From: Dehalococcoidia bacterium
Lineage (GTDB): Bacteria; Chloroflexota; Dehalococcoidia; UBA2979
DNA length: 64,000 nucleotides
Direction of reading: 5' to 3'
NCBI GenBank assembly: GCA_965262725.1
Contig: OZ253555.1
Span: 1,728,001 to 1,792,000, forward strand
This document shows positions 28,845-39,089 of the stretch, one piece after another. The position numbers and the translations under genes were made by a program. Within the stretch, counting starts at the first letter, position 1; the number at the start of each line of letters is the position of its first letter. Below the pieces are notes generated by a model that saw nothing but the letters and a program-made list of their open reading frames with translations, was not told where the DNA came from and ran no database searches.

Positions 28845-30258
28845 CGCGACTCTCCCCCGGCAGGCGGTCGCCGGCCGCGTCGCGCCCTAGCCCGCAGGCC
28901 TCGCCGATGGCCGCCGCCACCGCGTCGTCGTCCGCCGGGTCGACTGTGCGAGGGTCGAGCAGCACGCGCCCGTCTTCGATGCGGGCGATCACCGGCGGCT
29001 CGTGGGCGCGCAGCCTGCGCGCCAGTTCGTCCGCGCCGCCTCGCTTCGCTCCCTGCGGCGGATCGAGCGCGCAGAGAACCGTCGGTACCGACTCCTCCGG
29101 GAGCGAGCCGCCCCCGATCATCGAGCGTCCTCCGATCACCGTCGCGTCGCGCCCGGCTGCGAGCGCCCAGCGCCGTGCGCGCGCCTCGATCTCCTCGACC
29201 GAGCGGGCGAGCAGGCGCCAGATTGGGACGGCGCTTTCCGCCTCGCCCCGCGCGTAGTGGGCGAGTGTGGCGGCGAGCCCGGCGAGCGAGGCCTTGTCGA
29301 TGCGGAGCGCGCGGGCGAGCGGGTGGCGTCGGAGCTCTACGATCGACTCGGCTCGGCCGACGGCGATCCCGGCCTGGGGCCCGCCGACGAGCTTGTCGCC
29401 GGAGAAGAGCACCACGTCCGCTCCGGCGGAAACCGAGCGCTGCACCGTCGGCTCCGGGGCGAGCCCGAATCGCCTCGTGTCGAGAAGCGAGCCCGATCCG
29501 AGATCGTCGATGAGCAGCAGCCCGCGCTCGCGCGCGAGCTCCGCGAGGGCGGGAAGCGACGGCTGCTCCGTGAAGCCGACGACGCGGAAGTTGGAGGAGT
29601 GCACGCGCAGGATTGCGGCCGTCTGCTCGGTGATCGCCGAGGCGTAGTCCCCGGCGTAGGTGCGGTTCGTGGTGCCGACCTCGACCAGCGTCGCGCCGGA
29701 CTGGCGCAGCACGTCGGGGATGCGGAAGCCGCCGCCGATCTCGATCAGCTCCCCGCGGGAGATGATGACCTCGCGGCCTGAGGCGAGGGCGGCGAGGGCG
29801 AGCAGGACGGCGCCGGCGTTGTTGTTCACGACGACGCCGTCCTCGGCGCCCGTCACGCGCCTGAGCAGCCCGCCCAGGTGCGCCCCGCGCGATCCGCGCC
29901 CGCCGGCCTCGAGGTCGAACTCGAGCGTCGAGTAGCCACGTCCGATCTCGGCCATCGCCTCGACGCTCTCCTCGGAGAGCGGCGCGCGCCCGAGGTTGGT
30001 GTGCAGGACGACGCCGGTCGCGTTGATGACCGCCCGCAGCGTTGGCTCGAGGACCGCGGTGCGCGCGATCAGCGCGTCGACCGCATCGGTGTCCGGTGCC
30101 CGCCCCTCCCGCGCGATGCGCGCGCGGTACTCGTCGAGCACGCTGCGGGCGATCTCCACCACGGCGTCGCGCCCGTGCCGCGCGGCGATCGGGCGCACCC
30201 GCTCGTCCGAGAGCAGATGCTCGACGGAGGGGAGCTCGCGGTAGTGGTTGTGACCCAT
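28834..30258 (-). CDS. selA: L-seryl-tRNA(Sec) selenium transferase
   Basis: INATGVVLHTNLGRAPL, SRGELIEIGGGFRIPD, EVGTTNRT, FSGDKLVGGPQAG. Confidence 0.95.
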   Translation of the reverse strand: MGHNHYRELPSVEHLLSDERVRPIAARHGRDAVVEIARSVLDEYRARIAREGRAPDTDAVDALIARTAVLEPTLRAVINATGVVLHTNLGRAPLSEESVEAMAEIGRGYSTLEFDLEAGGRGSRGAHLGGLLRRVTGAEDGVVVNNNAGAVLLALAALASGREVIISRGELIEIGGGFRIPDVLRQSGATLVEVGTTNRTYAGDYASAITEQTAAILRVHSSNFRVVGFTEQPSLPALAELARERGLLLIDDLGSGSLLDTRRFGLAPEPTVQRSVSAGADVVLFSGDKLVGGPQAGIAVGRAESIVELRRHPLARALRIDKASLAGLAATLAHYARGEAESAVPIWRLLARSVEEIEARARRWALAAGRDATVIGGRSMIGGGSLPEESVPTVLCALDPPQGAKRGGADELARRLRAHEPPVIARIEDGRVLLDPRTVDPADDDAVAAAIGEACGLGRDAAGDRLPGESRAGR

Positions 30259-30452
30259 GCCCGGGCATTGTAGGCGGCGCCGGGGGCCCCGCGCGCCCGG
30301 CGCCCCGCGGGGGCTCGGGGCGATCCTTGCCTCTGGTCGACGTGGCGGCCGCGATTGATCGTCGGGGGGGCCACCCGTACGATCCCGCAGCCCGACGGCC
30401 CCGGGATCGCCTCGTGGATTCCGCCGGTCGCTCCCCGCTGAGGAGTGCCCTT

Positions 30453-31556
30453 GTGAACCTGCGTATCCCTGGTCCGACGCCGCTGCCGCGGGAGGTGGCG
30501 GAGGCGGGTGCCCGCGAGATGATCAACCATCGCGGGCCCGAGTTCGCGAGCCTGATCGCCCGCACCACCGAGGGCGTGCGCCGCGTCTACGGGACAGAGA
30601 ACGACGTCCTGACGCTCTCCGCCTCCGGCACGGGCGGGATGGAGGCCGCCGTCGCCAACCACGTCTCGCCGGGTGAGCGCGTCCTGGTGGTGACGATCGG
30701 CGTCTTCGGTAACCGCTTCGCCGACATCGTCAGCGCCTACGGAGGTATCCCGCAGGTCATCGAGTACGAGCACGGCACGGCCGCCGATCCCAACCAGGTA
30801 GACCAGGTGCTGGCCTCCGATCCATCGATTCGCACCGTCTTGATCACGCACAACGAGACCTCCACGGGAGCGACCAACGTCGCGCTGCCTGAGATCGCCA
30901 AGGCCGTCCGTCACCACGACCGCCTGCTCCTCGTCGACGCCATCTCCTCGCTCTCGTCGATTCCGGTCGACGTCGACGGGTGGGGGCTCGATGTGGTCGT
31001 CTCCGGGTCGCAGAAGGGATGGATGATGGGACCGGGCCTTGCCTTCATCTCCGTCTCCGAGCGGGCCTGGGAACAGCAGGAGCGGTGCACGGCGCCGCGC
31101 TTCTACTTCGACCTGCGGCGCGCGCGGAGCAGCCTCGAGGCGGGCCAGACACCGTGGACGCCGGCGATAAACCTGCTCTTTCAGCTCGACCGCGCCCTGG
31201 AGCTGATGTTTGCGGAGGGCATCGATGCCATCTACGGGCGCCACCGCCGACTCGCGCGGATGACCCGCGACGGCGTGCGCGCACTGGGTCTTGAGTTGCT
31301 GCCGGCCGAGGGAGTCGAGTCGGACACGGTCACGGCGATCCGGGTTCCGGATGGCATCGAGGCGTCGGAGCTCCTCCGCGTCGCGCGCGAGGAGTACCAG
31401 ACCGTCTTCGCCGGGGGGCAGGGTTCGCTCAGTGGGAAGATCGTCCGCTTTGGACACCTCGGCTACGTGACGGAGGAGGACGTGAGCTCCGGCCTGGACG
31501 CACTCGCGCGGACGCTGCGCGCACTCGGGTTCGCGGGCGCGCGCGCGGCCGTCTAG
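30453..31556 (+). CDS. Class V aminotransferase (serine-pyruvate/alanine-glyoxylate type; probable SerC function)
   Basis: IPGPTP, HNETSTG, DAISS, SGSQKG; AGGAG RBS; directly upstream of serA. Confidence 0.88.
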   Translation: MNLRIPGPTPLPREVAEAGAREMINHRGPEFASLIARTTEGVRRVYGTENDVLTLSASGTGGMEAAVANHVSPGERVLVVTIGVFGNRFADIVSAYGGIPQVIEYEHGTAADPNQVDQVLASDPSIRTVLITHNETSTGATNVALPEIAKAVRHHDRLLLVDAISSLSSIPVDVDGWGLDVVVSGSQKGWMMGPGLAFISVSERAWEQQERCTAPRFYFDLRRARSSLEAGQTPWTPAINLLFQLDRALELMFAEGIDAIYGRHRRLARMTRDGVRALGLELLPAEGVESDTVTAIRVPDGIEASELLRVAREEYQTVFAGGQGSLSGKIVRFGHLGYVTEEDVSSGLDALARTLRALGFAGARAAV

Positions 31557-31567
31557 AGCGCCGATCC

Positions 31568-33145
31568 ATGGCGCGCATCCTCGTCGCCGACCGCATCGCC
31601 GCCTCGGGCATCGACCTCCTGCGCCGGGCGCACGAGGTGGAGATCCGTACCGGCCTCTCCGAGGCGGAGCTCGGCAAGGCGCTGGTGGGCGTGTCGGCCC
31701 TGATCGTGCGCAGCCAGACACGCGTGACCCGGGCGTCGCTCGCAGACGCCCGCGACCTCCGGGTCATCGCCCGCGCGGGGGTCGGCGTCGACAACATCGA
31801 CATGGAGGCGGCGACCGAGCGCGGGATCACCGTCGTCAACGCGCCGCTCGCGAACACCATCTCCGCGGCCGAGCATGCCTTCGGCCTGATGCTGGCGGTC
31901 GCGCGCAACATCCCGCAGGGCGACGCGAGCCTGCGCGGCGGCACCTGGGAGCGCGGTCGCCTGCAGGGCGTCGAGCTCGCGGGGCGCACGCTCGGCATCA
32001 TCGGCCTGGGCCGCATCGGAACGGAGGTCGCGCGGCGCGCGCGCGCCTTCGAGATGGAGCTGCTCGGCTACGACCCCTTCGTCCCGGTGGAGCGCGGGCG
32101 ATCGCTCGGGGTGGAGCTCGTGGAGCTTGCCGAACTCTTCTCGCGCTCAGACTTCGTCACGGTGCACAGCGCTCTGCTCGAGGAGACGCGGGGGCTCGTG
32201 AGCGCCGATCTCCTGGCGCAGGCGAAGCCGGGCCTCCGGTTCATCAACGCCGCCCGCGGCGCGCTCGTCGATGAGCCGGCGCTCCTGGCGGCCGTCGAAT
32301 CCGGCCGCATCGCCGGCGCCGGGATTGACGTCTTCTCCTCGGAGCCGGCCGTCGGCAACATCCTGACCACCGATCCGCGCATCGTCGTCACGCCGCACCT
32401 CGGCGCCTCCACGCTCGAGGCCCAGGATCGCGCCGCGCTCACGGTCGTGGAGCAGGTGCTCGACGTTCTGGCCGGCGCCGCCGCGCGCTTCTCGGTCAAC
32501 GCGCCTCTGGCCGATCCGGAGACGATGGCAGTGCTCGGTCCCTATCTGGACGCGGCACGGCTCGCGGCCTCGGTGGCGGTCCAGCTCGCGCCGGGGAGCC
32601 CACGACGGGCGCGCGTCGAGTACCACGGAGAGGTGGGGAGCCTCGACGTCACGCCGCTGCGGGCAGCCACGATCGTCGGGCTCCTGCGCCACATCACCGG
32701 CGAGAGGGTGACGGCGGTTAACGCCTCGCAGCTTGCGCACGCGCGCGGCCTCGAGCTCGACGAGGAGCGCGCCGCCGCCGTCGAGCCGTACGCCAACCTC
32801 ATCCGCGTCCACGTCTACGCCGAGGGCGGCGAGGCATCGGTTGCCGCGACCCACACCGGCGGGGGCGTTCGCATCGTCGGGATCGGCGACTATGAGGTGG
32901 AGCTCTCCCCGCGGCAGGCGCCCTACCTTCTCGCCATCGAGAACGTCGACCGGCCGGGGGCCGTGGGTCAGGTCGGCACGCACCTCGGCGAGCGCCTCGT
33001 GAACATCAACTCGATGTCGGTCGCGGCCGGCCCCCATGAGCACGCCCTGATGATGCTCGGCGTGACGCGCGCGCTGACGGCCGAGGAGCTCCGGCGGGTC
33101 GCCGAGCTCGACATCGTCTACACCGTGCGCCAGGTCGAGCTCTAG
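31568..33145 (+). CDS. serA: D-3-phosphoglycerate dehydrogenase
   Basis: RAGVGVDNID, GLGRIG, NAARG, TPHLGAST, C-terminal ACT domain (DRPG). Confidence 0.95.
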   Translation: MARILVADRIAASGIDLLRRAHEVEIRTGLSEAELGKALVGVSALIVRSQTRVTRASLADARDLRVIARAGVGVDNIDMEAATERGITVVNAPLANTISAAEHAFGLMLAVARNIPQGDASLRGGTWERGRLQGVELAGRTLGIIGLGRIGTEVARRARAFEMELLGYDPFVPVERGRSLGVELVELAELFSRSDFVTVHSALLEETRGLVSADLLAQAKPGLRFINAARGALVDEPALLAAVESGRIAGAGIDVFSSEPAVGNILTTDPRIVVTPHLGASTLEAQDRAALTVVEQVLDVLAGAAARFSVNAPLADPETMAVLGPYLDAARLAASVAVQLAPGSPRRARVEYHGEVGSLDVTPLRAATIVGLLRHITGERVTAVNASQLAHARGLELDEERAAAVEPYANLIRVHVYAEGGEASVAATHTGGGVRIVGIGDYEVELSPRQAPYLLAIENVDRPGAVGQVGTHLGERLVNINSMSVAAGPHEHALMMLGVTRALTAEELRRVAELDIVYTVRQVEL

Positions 33146-33150
33146 GCGGC

Positions 33151-34479
33151 CTACGCCTCGTCGAGGGCGTCGAGCACGAGCCCCGTACCGAGCTTCGGGT
33201 AGAAGAACGTCGACTTCTGGGGTAGCAGCTCCCCCGCGGCGGCGACCTCGAGCACCTGCCCGACGCGCGTCGGGTTGACGAGAAAGGCGAGCCGGTACCG
33301 GCCGCTCGCCACGCGCTCCCACGCCTCCTCGACGTTCTCGGTGAAGGCGACGCGCTCGCCTGAGGAGAGCTCACTGTGGCCGATTCCCAGGAGCGGCCGC
33401 AGCACCGTTTCGGTCAGGGCGAGCACGTCGACGCGCCGCGAGGCGGGGGAGAGGCCCGGCGGCATCGCCGCCTCGACCGCGCGGCGCGAGCGCGCCGTCA
33501 GCACGTGCAGCCTCTGATCCTCGAGGCCGATCGCCCCGAAGGTGAGCGGACCGGCCTCGCCGGCGCGCACGCGACCCCAGAGACGGTGGGACGCGGTGCC
33601 GTCCCACCCCTTCGGCGTCATGTCCTCCACGACGTAGAGCTCGGCAAGGCGCGCGAGCAGGTCGCCGGGGAGGCTCGGCGCCCGGATCAGCCGGTGGATC
33701 GGGAGGACGACCAGACCGGGATCGTCGGCCGGGACCAGCGCCACGAGCACGAATGAGGCCGCGTCGTCGTCACTCCACGGGGGGCCGCTCCCGGCGCGCC
33801 TCTGGTCGCGGTGGGCGAGCGCCGTCGCGTAGCGGTGATGGCCGTCGGCGATCGTGACCGGCGAGGCCCTGAGCACCGCCTCGAGCGTCTCATGGAGCCG
33901 GCCGTCGCGGAGGACCCAGAGCCGGTGCCGGTCCCCGACGGCGTCCACGCCCTCGAAGTCGGGGTCGGAGGCGGCCGCCTCGGCGAGCACCTCTCCGGCG
34001 CGGCCCGACGCGTCGTCATGGAAGATCCCGAAGATCGGCGAGACGTGCGCGCGGGTCGCCGTGAGCAGCGCGAGCCGCTCAGCGCGCGGTCCCTCCATCG
34101 TCGCCTCGTGCGGGCGGATCTGATCGGGCCCCTCCCCGGCGCCCGGATCCTGGAGCCGCAGCCGTGCGAAGAAGCCGCGGCGCGTGCTCGTCGCGCCCCC
34201 CACCTGCGAGCGCTGTTCGTAGACGTAGTAAAAGGGCTCGTCGTCCCGCCTGAGGACGCCCGCGCGCCGCCACCCCGCGAGCGTCCGCGCCGCCTCCTGG
34301 TAGCGCCGCTCCGGTGGTCCGGGCGCGCCCTCGACGCGCGCCACGTTGTAGGGGGAGCGCTCGAGCAGCGCGTCGAGCTCACCCTCCCCGATGACGTCGT
34401 AGGGGGGCGCGATCACCGCATTCGGGTCGATGCGGGTCGGGTCGTAACGGAGGGCGCGGAAGGGGCGGATCTCGACGAC
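33151..34479 (-). CDS. DUF1015 family protein
   Basis: EIRPFRALRY, APPYDVI, IRPHE, IADGHHRY, PQKSTFFYPK. Start is GTC 34479 or GTG 34542. Confidence 0.9.
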   Translation of the reverse strand, partial: VVEIRPFRALRYDPTRIDPNAVIAPPYDVIGEGELDALLERSPYNVARVEGAPGPPERRYQEAARTLAGWRRAGVLRRDDEPFYYVYEQRSQVGGATSTRRGFFARLRLQDPGAGEGPDQIRPHEATMEGPRAERLALLTATRAHVSPIFGIFHDDASGRAGEVLAEAAASDPDFEGVDAVGDRHRLWVLRDGRLHETLEAVLRASPVTIADGHHRYATALAHRDQRRAGSGPPWSDDDAASFVLVALVPADDPGLVVLPIHRLIRAPSLPGDLLARLAELYVVEDMTPKGWDGTASHRLWGRVRAGEAGPLTFGAIGLEDQRLHVLTARSRRAVEAAMPPGLSPASRRVDVLALTETVLRPLLGIGHSELSSGERVAFTENVEEAWERVASGRYRLAFLVNPTRVGQVLEVAAAGELLPQKSTFFYPKLGTGLVLDALDEA

Positions 34480-34623
34480 GGCGCTTCTCCTCGGCCGCTG
34501 CGTTCGCGGCTCGCACGCGTTGCATCCCGGAGGGGACGGCACCTAGACTCCGGCGCGGCTCGCGCCCCGGACCCGGCTCGTGTCGCGAGTGGGCACGCCC
34601 GCAGGAAGGTACCCGCTCGCCCC

Positions 34624-34947
34624 ATGCCGCGCTACTGCGTCTTCTGCGAGATCGTTGCACGTCGCGAACCCGCCGAGATCCTCTACGAGAGCGACTCGGT
34701 GATCGTCATCCGCAACCGCCTGCGCTGGGTGCCGGTGATGCTCCTGTCGATGCCGAAGCAGCACCTCACGCAGGCCGGGCTGTGGCGCGACATGGGCGAG
34801 GTCGGCGAGGCGGCCGTGCAGATGGGCGCCGAGCACTGTCCGCGGGGATTCCGCCTGCTCTCCAACTTCGGCTCCGACGCGATGCAGTCGCAGGAGCACG
34901 CGCACGTCCACGTGATCGGGGGCATCTTTCTGGGCGAGTACGCCTGA
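34624..34947 (+). CDS. HIT-family protein
   Basis: CVFCEIV, QSQEHAHVHVIGG. Confidence 0.85.
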   Translation: MPRYCVFCEIVARREPAEILYESDSVIVIRNRLRWVPVMLLSMPKQHLTQAGLWRDMGEVGEAAVQMGAEHCPRGFRLLSNFGSDAMQSQEHAHVHVIGGIFLGEYA

Positions 34948-35008
34948 GGGCGACGCATGGCCGCGGCCGGTCGCGCCGCCCCGCGCAGCACGGGCGTGCC
35001 CGGCGCCC

Positions 35009-35761
35009 TCAGGATCCGGGGCCGATCCCTCCGAGAGCGTCGAGCTGCGCCGCGAAGAGCTGCCGGATGCCCGCCGCGGCGACCTCCAGCACGCGCCCGA
35101 ATGTCTCCTGCGTGAAGGCCTCGCCTTCGGCGGTCCCCTGCACCTCGACGAAGTGTCCCGTCCCGAGCATCACGACGTTCACGTCCGCGCCCGCCGTCGA
35201 GTCCTCCTCGTAGTCGAGGTCGAGCACTATGCGCCCGCCTCGCAGGCCCACGGAGACAGCCCCCACCTGCGTTGTGAGCGGGGAGGTGGCGAGCGCGCCC
35301 TGCTCCCTCATGCGCTCCACCGCGAGCCTCAGCGCGACCCAGCCCCCCGTGATCGAGGCCGTGCGCGTCCCGCCGTCGGCCTGCAGCACGTCGCAGTCGA
35401 TGCGGATCGTCCGCTCGCCCAGGCGGTCGAGGTCGATGGCGGCGCGCAGTGAGCGGCCGATCAGCCGCTGGATCTCCTGCGTGCGACCGCTCTGGCGGCC
35501 CAGCGCCGCCTCGCGGCCGCCGCGCGTGTGCGTCGCGCGCGGCAGCATCCCGTACTCCGCCGTCAACCAGCCGGCTCCGGTGCCGCGCAGGAAGGCGGGG
35601 ACTCCCTGCTCCACGGAGGCGGAGCAGAGGACGCGCGTCTCCCCCACCGAGATCAGGGCGGAGCCCTCCGCATAGCGCAGGTAGTCGGGCTCGATGATGA
35701 CGGGACGGAGCTCGTGCTCGCCCCGTCCCTCCGCACGGTCCCCCTGCGCGTTCGCCGTCAA
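35009..35761 (-). CDS. rph: Ribonuclease PH
   Basis: [44 protein letters not shown]; TTG start. Confidence 0.96.
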   Translation of the reverse strand: MTANAQGDRAEGRGEHELRPVIIEPDYLRYAEGSALISVGETRVLCSASVEQGVPAFLRGTGAGWLTAEYGMLPRATHTRGGREAALGRQSGRTQEIQRLIGRSLRAAIDLDRLGERTIRIDCDVLQADGGTRTASITGGWVALRLAVERMREQGALATSPLTTQVGAVSVGLRGGRIVLDLDYEEDSTAGADVNVVMLGTGHFVEVQGTAEGEAFTQETFGRVLEVAAAGIRQLFAAQLDALGGIGPGS

Positions 35762-35926
35762 CTCCGCCCCCTTCCGCCCCCAAACGGTGACCGGGCGGTC
35801 ACCGTAGCACGCACAGTGCGCCGGGCTCCCGGTGGCCCGGTGGGCCAAAGGCGCCGCCGGATCCGCCGACGCGGGAGCGACGGCGACGTGCGAGCGGTAC
35901 ACTGCTGTGCTCGGCGGGGAGGCGCC

Positions 35927-36838
35927 ATGCGCGGCCGCGATCTGATCTCCATTCTGGATCTTACGCCCGACGACATGGAGCGTCTGCTCGAGGTCGCCCT
36001 CGGCATGAAGCGCGACGGACCCGGCCGCGTGCTGGAGGGGCAGACGCTGGCGCTCCTCTTCGAGAAGCCCTCGCTGCGCACCCGCGTCTCGTTCGAGCAG
36101 GCGATGCGCCGGCTCGGCGGCTCGGCGCTCTATCTCTCCGGTCCCGAGGTGCAGATGGGAGAGCGCGAGTCCGCCCGCGACGTCGCGCGCGTGATCGCCC
36201 GAATGACGCAGGCGATCGCGGCCAGGACATACGCGCACGCCACGGTGCAGGAGATCGCGCGCTACGCCGACGTGCCCGTGATCAACGCGCTCACCGAGGA
36301 GGAGCACCCTTGCCAGGCGCTGGCGGATCTGCTCACCCTGCGCGAGAGGCTGGGCGCGCTGGGCGGCGTCCGGCTCGCCTACGTCGGTGAGGGGAACAAC
36401 GTCGCCCGCTCGCTCGCCTACGCCTCCGCGCTCGCCGGGATGGATTTCGCCTGCGCCTCCCCAGAGGGGTACGGACTCCCCGACGAAGTGCTCGAGCTCT
36501 GCCGGCATCTACCGGGGGGCGGCCGCGTCGAGCAGACCGATGACCCGCGCGCCGCCGTGGCCGGCGCCGCCGCGGTCTACACTGATGTCTGGGCCTCGAT
36601 GGGCTTCGAGCACGAGCTGCCGCAACGGCTCGAGCACTTCCGGCCCTACCAGCTCGGTGAGGAGCTGCTCGAGCACGCGCCGCCGGAGGCGCTCGTGATG
36701 CACGATCTTCCCGCCCACCGTGGCGAAGAGATCACCGACGGCGCCATCGAGTCCGAGCGCTCCGTAGTATTCGATCAGGCGGAGAACCGGATGCATGCCC
36801 AGCAGGCCGTGCTCGCACTGCTGCTCGCGGAGGGCTAG
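35927..36838 (+). CDS. argF: Ornithine carbamoyltransferase
   Basis: [34 protein letters not shown]. Confidence 0.93.
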   Translation: MRGRDLISILDLTPDDMERLLEVALGMKRDGPGRVLEGQTLALLFEKPSLRTRVSFEQAMRRLGGSALYLSGPEVQMGERESARDVARVIARMTQAIAARTYAHATVQEIARYADVPVINALTEEEHPCQALADLLTLRERLGALGGVRLAYVGEGNNVARSLAYASALAGMDFACASPEGYGLPDEVLELCRHLPGGGRVEQTDDPRAAVAGAAAVYTDVWASMGFEHELPQRLEHFRPYQLGEELLEHAPPEALVMHDLPAHRGEEITDGAIESERSVVFDQAENRMHAQQAVLALLLAEG

Positions 36839-36943
36839 CCTGAGCCGGCGGGCGTCCGCCCCCGGCCGGCCCGGCGGCGGGTGAGAGCGGCGCCGCCCCC
36901 TGCGCGCGGTCGCCCGACGCCCTGAGCAGCGGAGGCGACGACC

Positions 36944-37774
36944 GTGCGCGACGAGATCAGCGACGTGCTCGGCCGCATCGATGCGTCGGCGCTCGCGGAC
37001 ATCGCGATCCTCTTCGCCGCGATCTACTGGGCGCTGCTTCTGATCCGCGGCACCGCGGCGATGTCCGTGCTCCGCGGCGTCGGCGTGCTCCTGATCGGCG
37101 CCTTCGCGCTCTCGCGCCTCTTCGACCTGCTCGTGATCAACTGGATCCTCTCGAACGCGGTGACCGGGCTGTTGATCGCGATGGTCGTGATCTTCCAGCC
37201 CGAGATCCGTCGAGCGCTCGAGCAGCTGGGACGGACCGGGCTGCACTCCCCGCTCCGCGCCCACCGGCGCCGGGACGTGCTCGACATCGTCGTGCGCGGC
37301 ACCAGTCAGCTGGCGCGCCAGCGCCTGGGCGCCCTCATCGTCCTGGAGCGCGAGACCGGGCTCCAGGACGTGATCGAGACCGGCATCCCCGTGGACGCCA
37401 CCCTCTCCGTGGAGATGCTCCTCTCCGTCTTCCTCTCGAACTCCCCCCTGCACGATGGCGCGGTGGTGGTGCAGGGCGATCGCATCGTCGCCGCGGGCTG
37501 CACGCTGCCGCTCTCGGAGGTGACGCTCCCTGCCGAGTACGGGCTGAGGCACCGCGCCGCGGTGGGCCTGACCGAGCGCACTGATGCGGTGGTCGTGGTG
37601 GTGTCGGAGGAGCGCGGCGTGATGGCTCTCTCCGCCGCCGGCCGCATCACGCCGCCTCTGGACGAGGGCCGGATGTCCCGTCAGCTGCGCCGCATCTTTG
37701 TCGTTCCCGGCGACGATGCGTTGGAGCCGGCCTCGGCGCGCGCCCCCGGCGGCGCGGGGCGTCGGAGCCCCTAG
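36944..37774 (+). CDS. cdaA: Diadenylate cyclase CdaA
   Basis: Three TM helices, FQPEIRRALE, LHDGA, GLRHRAA, VSEE. Confidence 0.93.
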   Translation: MRDEISDVLGRIDASALADIAILFAAIYWALLLIRGTAAMSVLRGVGVLLIGAFALSRLFDLLVINWILSNAVTGLLIAMVVIFQPEIRRALEQLGRTGLHSPLRAHRRRDVLDIVVRGTSQLARQRLGALIVLERETGLQDVIETGIPVDATLSVEMLLSVFLSNSPLHDGAVVVQGDRIVAAGCTLPLSEVTLPAEYGLRHRAAVGLTERTDAVVVVVSEERGVMALSAAGRITPPLDEGRMSRQLRRIFVVPGDDALEPASARAPGGAGRRSP

Positions 37775-37775
37775 C

Positions 37776-39089
37776 GTGCAGCGGCCGCGTGAGGTGCGCC
37801 GTTCCCGGCGCGAGCTGGTGGAGGTGGCGCGCGACCTCTGGAGACGCGGCCGCTCGGCCGTCTGGAGCTCGCCGGGCCTCGCGCTCCTCTCCGCCCTGCT
37901 CGGCATCGCGCTGTGGGTCACCGTCACCGAGGAGCAGAACCCGACTGTGATCGAGACTTTCCCCGTCCCGATCGGCGTCGAGGCCGTCAACGTCGGCCCG
38001 GGCATTGCCGTCGCGAACACGATCGAGCCCATCGAGGTGCGGATCGCCGCGCCGGAGGATCGCTGGGAGCAGCTGACCTCCGAGAACCTCCAGGCCGTCG
38101 CCGATCTCAACGGGCTCGGTGCGCGGGAGCAGCAGGTCCCGGTGCGGGTCCACGTGACGGGCGTGCGCAGCGTGCGCGTCGTCGAGGTCATCCCGCCGAC
38201 GGTCCTCGTCAACCTCGAGGACTTCGTGAGCAAGGAGGTGGCGGTCGTCGCGCGCGCCATCGGCGCGCTCCCATTCGGCTACGAGCTGGCGAGCACCACG
38301 CCGGAGGCGGCCACGGTCGAGGTCTCCGGACCCCAGTCGCTGGTCGAACTCGTTGTGGAGGTGATCGGCGACGTCAACGTCACCGGCCTCACCGTGAGTC
38401 TCCCGCAATCCGTCGATCTCACGCCACAGGGTGCGGGCGGCGGGGAGGTGCGCGGCGTCCGGGTGAATCCTCTCTCGACGCGCGTCCGTGTGGAAGTGCT
38501 CCAGACGACCCTGACGCGCCCGGTGCCGCTCACCCCGACCGTGCTCGGGGAGCCGGCCAGCGGCTACCGCGTGGTCGGCATCGCCACCATCCCCTCCACG
38601 TTGGAGGTGCGCGGCACGATCGAGCAGCTGCAGGCGATCGACGAGCTCGAACTGCCGCCCATCGATATCAGCGCAGCCCGCTCGTCGATCAGCCGCTCGG
38701 TGGCCCCGGAGCTGCCGGCCGGCCTCACCGCTCCCGGCTCACAGTCGGTGACCGTGCTCGTCGCCGTCGCGACCGTCGACGGGACGCTCCGGCTTCGGGT
38801 CGCCCCGGAGCTGGAGGGGGTCGCCGAGGGCTACACGGCGGTGGTGGGTCAGCAGAGCGTCGAGGTGCTGCTCCGGGCACCGCAGCCGACGCTCAACGGC
38901 CTGTCGATCGGCGACATTCGCGTCGTCGCCGACGTGGGCGGTGTGGTCACGGGCACGGGCGCGGGCGCGGTAGACGATGCCGCCCCGATCCCCTTCGAGG
39001 TCGCCCCGCGCGCGGAGGTCCCCGCGGGGATCACCGTCATCTCGGTGCGGCCCGAGGTGCTCTCCGGTACGCTGAATCCCGATGAATGA
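37776..39089 (+). CDS. cdaR: CdaR/YbbR-domain regulator
   Basis: N-terminal TM helix then repeated YbbR-like beta domains; follows cdaA. Start uncertain. Confidence 0.82.
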   Translation: MQRPREVRRSRRELVEVARDLWRRGRSAVWSSPGLALLSALLGIALWVTVTEEQNPTVIETFPVPIGVEAVNVGPGIAVANTIEPIEVRIAAPEDRWEQLTSENLQAVADLNGLGAREQQVPVRVHVTGVRSVRVVEVIPPTVLVNLEDFVSKEVAVVARAIGALPFGYELASTTPEAATVEVSGPQSLVELVVEVIGDVNVTGLTVSLPQSVDLTPQGAGGGEVRGVRVNPLSTRVRVEVLQTTLTRPVPLTPTVLGEPASGYRVVGIATIPSTLEVRGTIEQLQAIDELELPPIDISAARSSISRSVAPELPAGLTAPGSQSVTVLVAVATVDGTLRLRVAPELEGVAEGYTAVVGQQSVEVLLRAPQPTLNGLSIGDIRVVADVGGVVTGTGAGAVDDAAPIPFEVAPRAEVPAGITVISVRPEVLSGTLNPDE

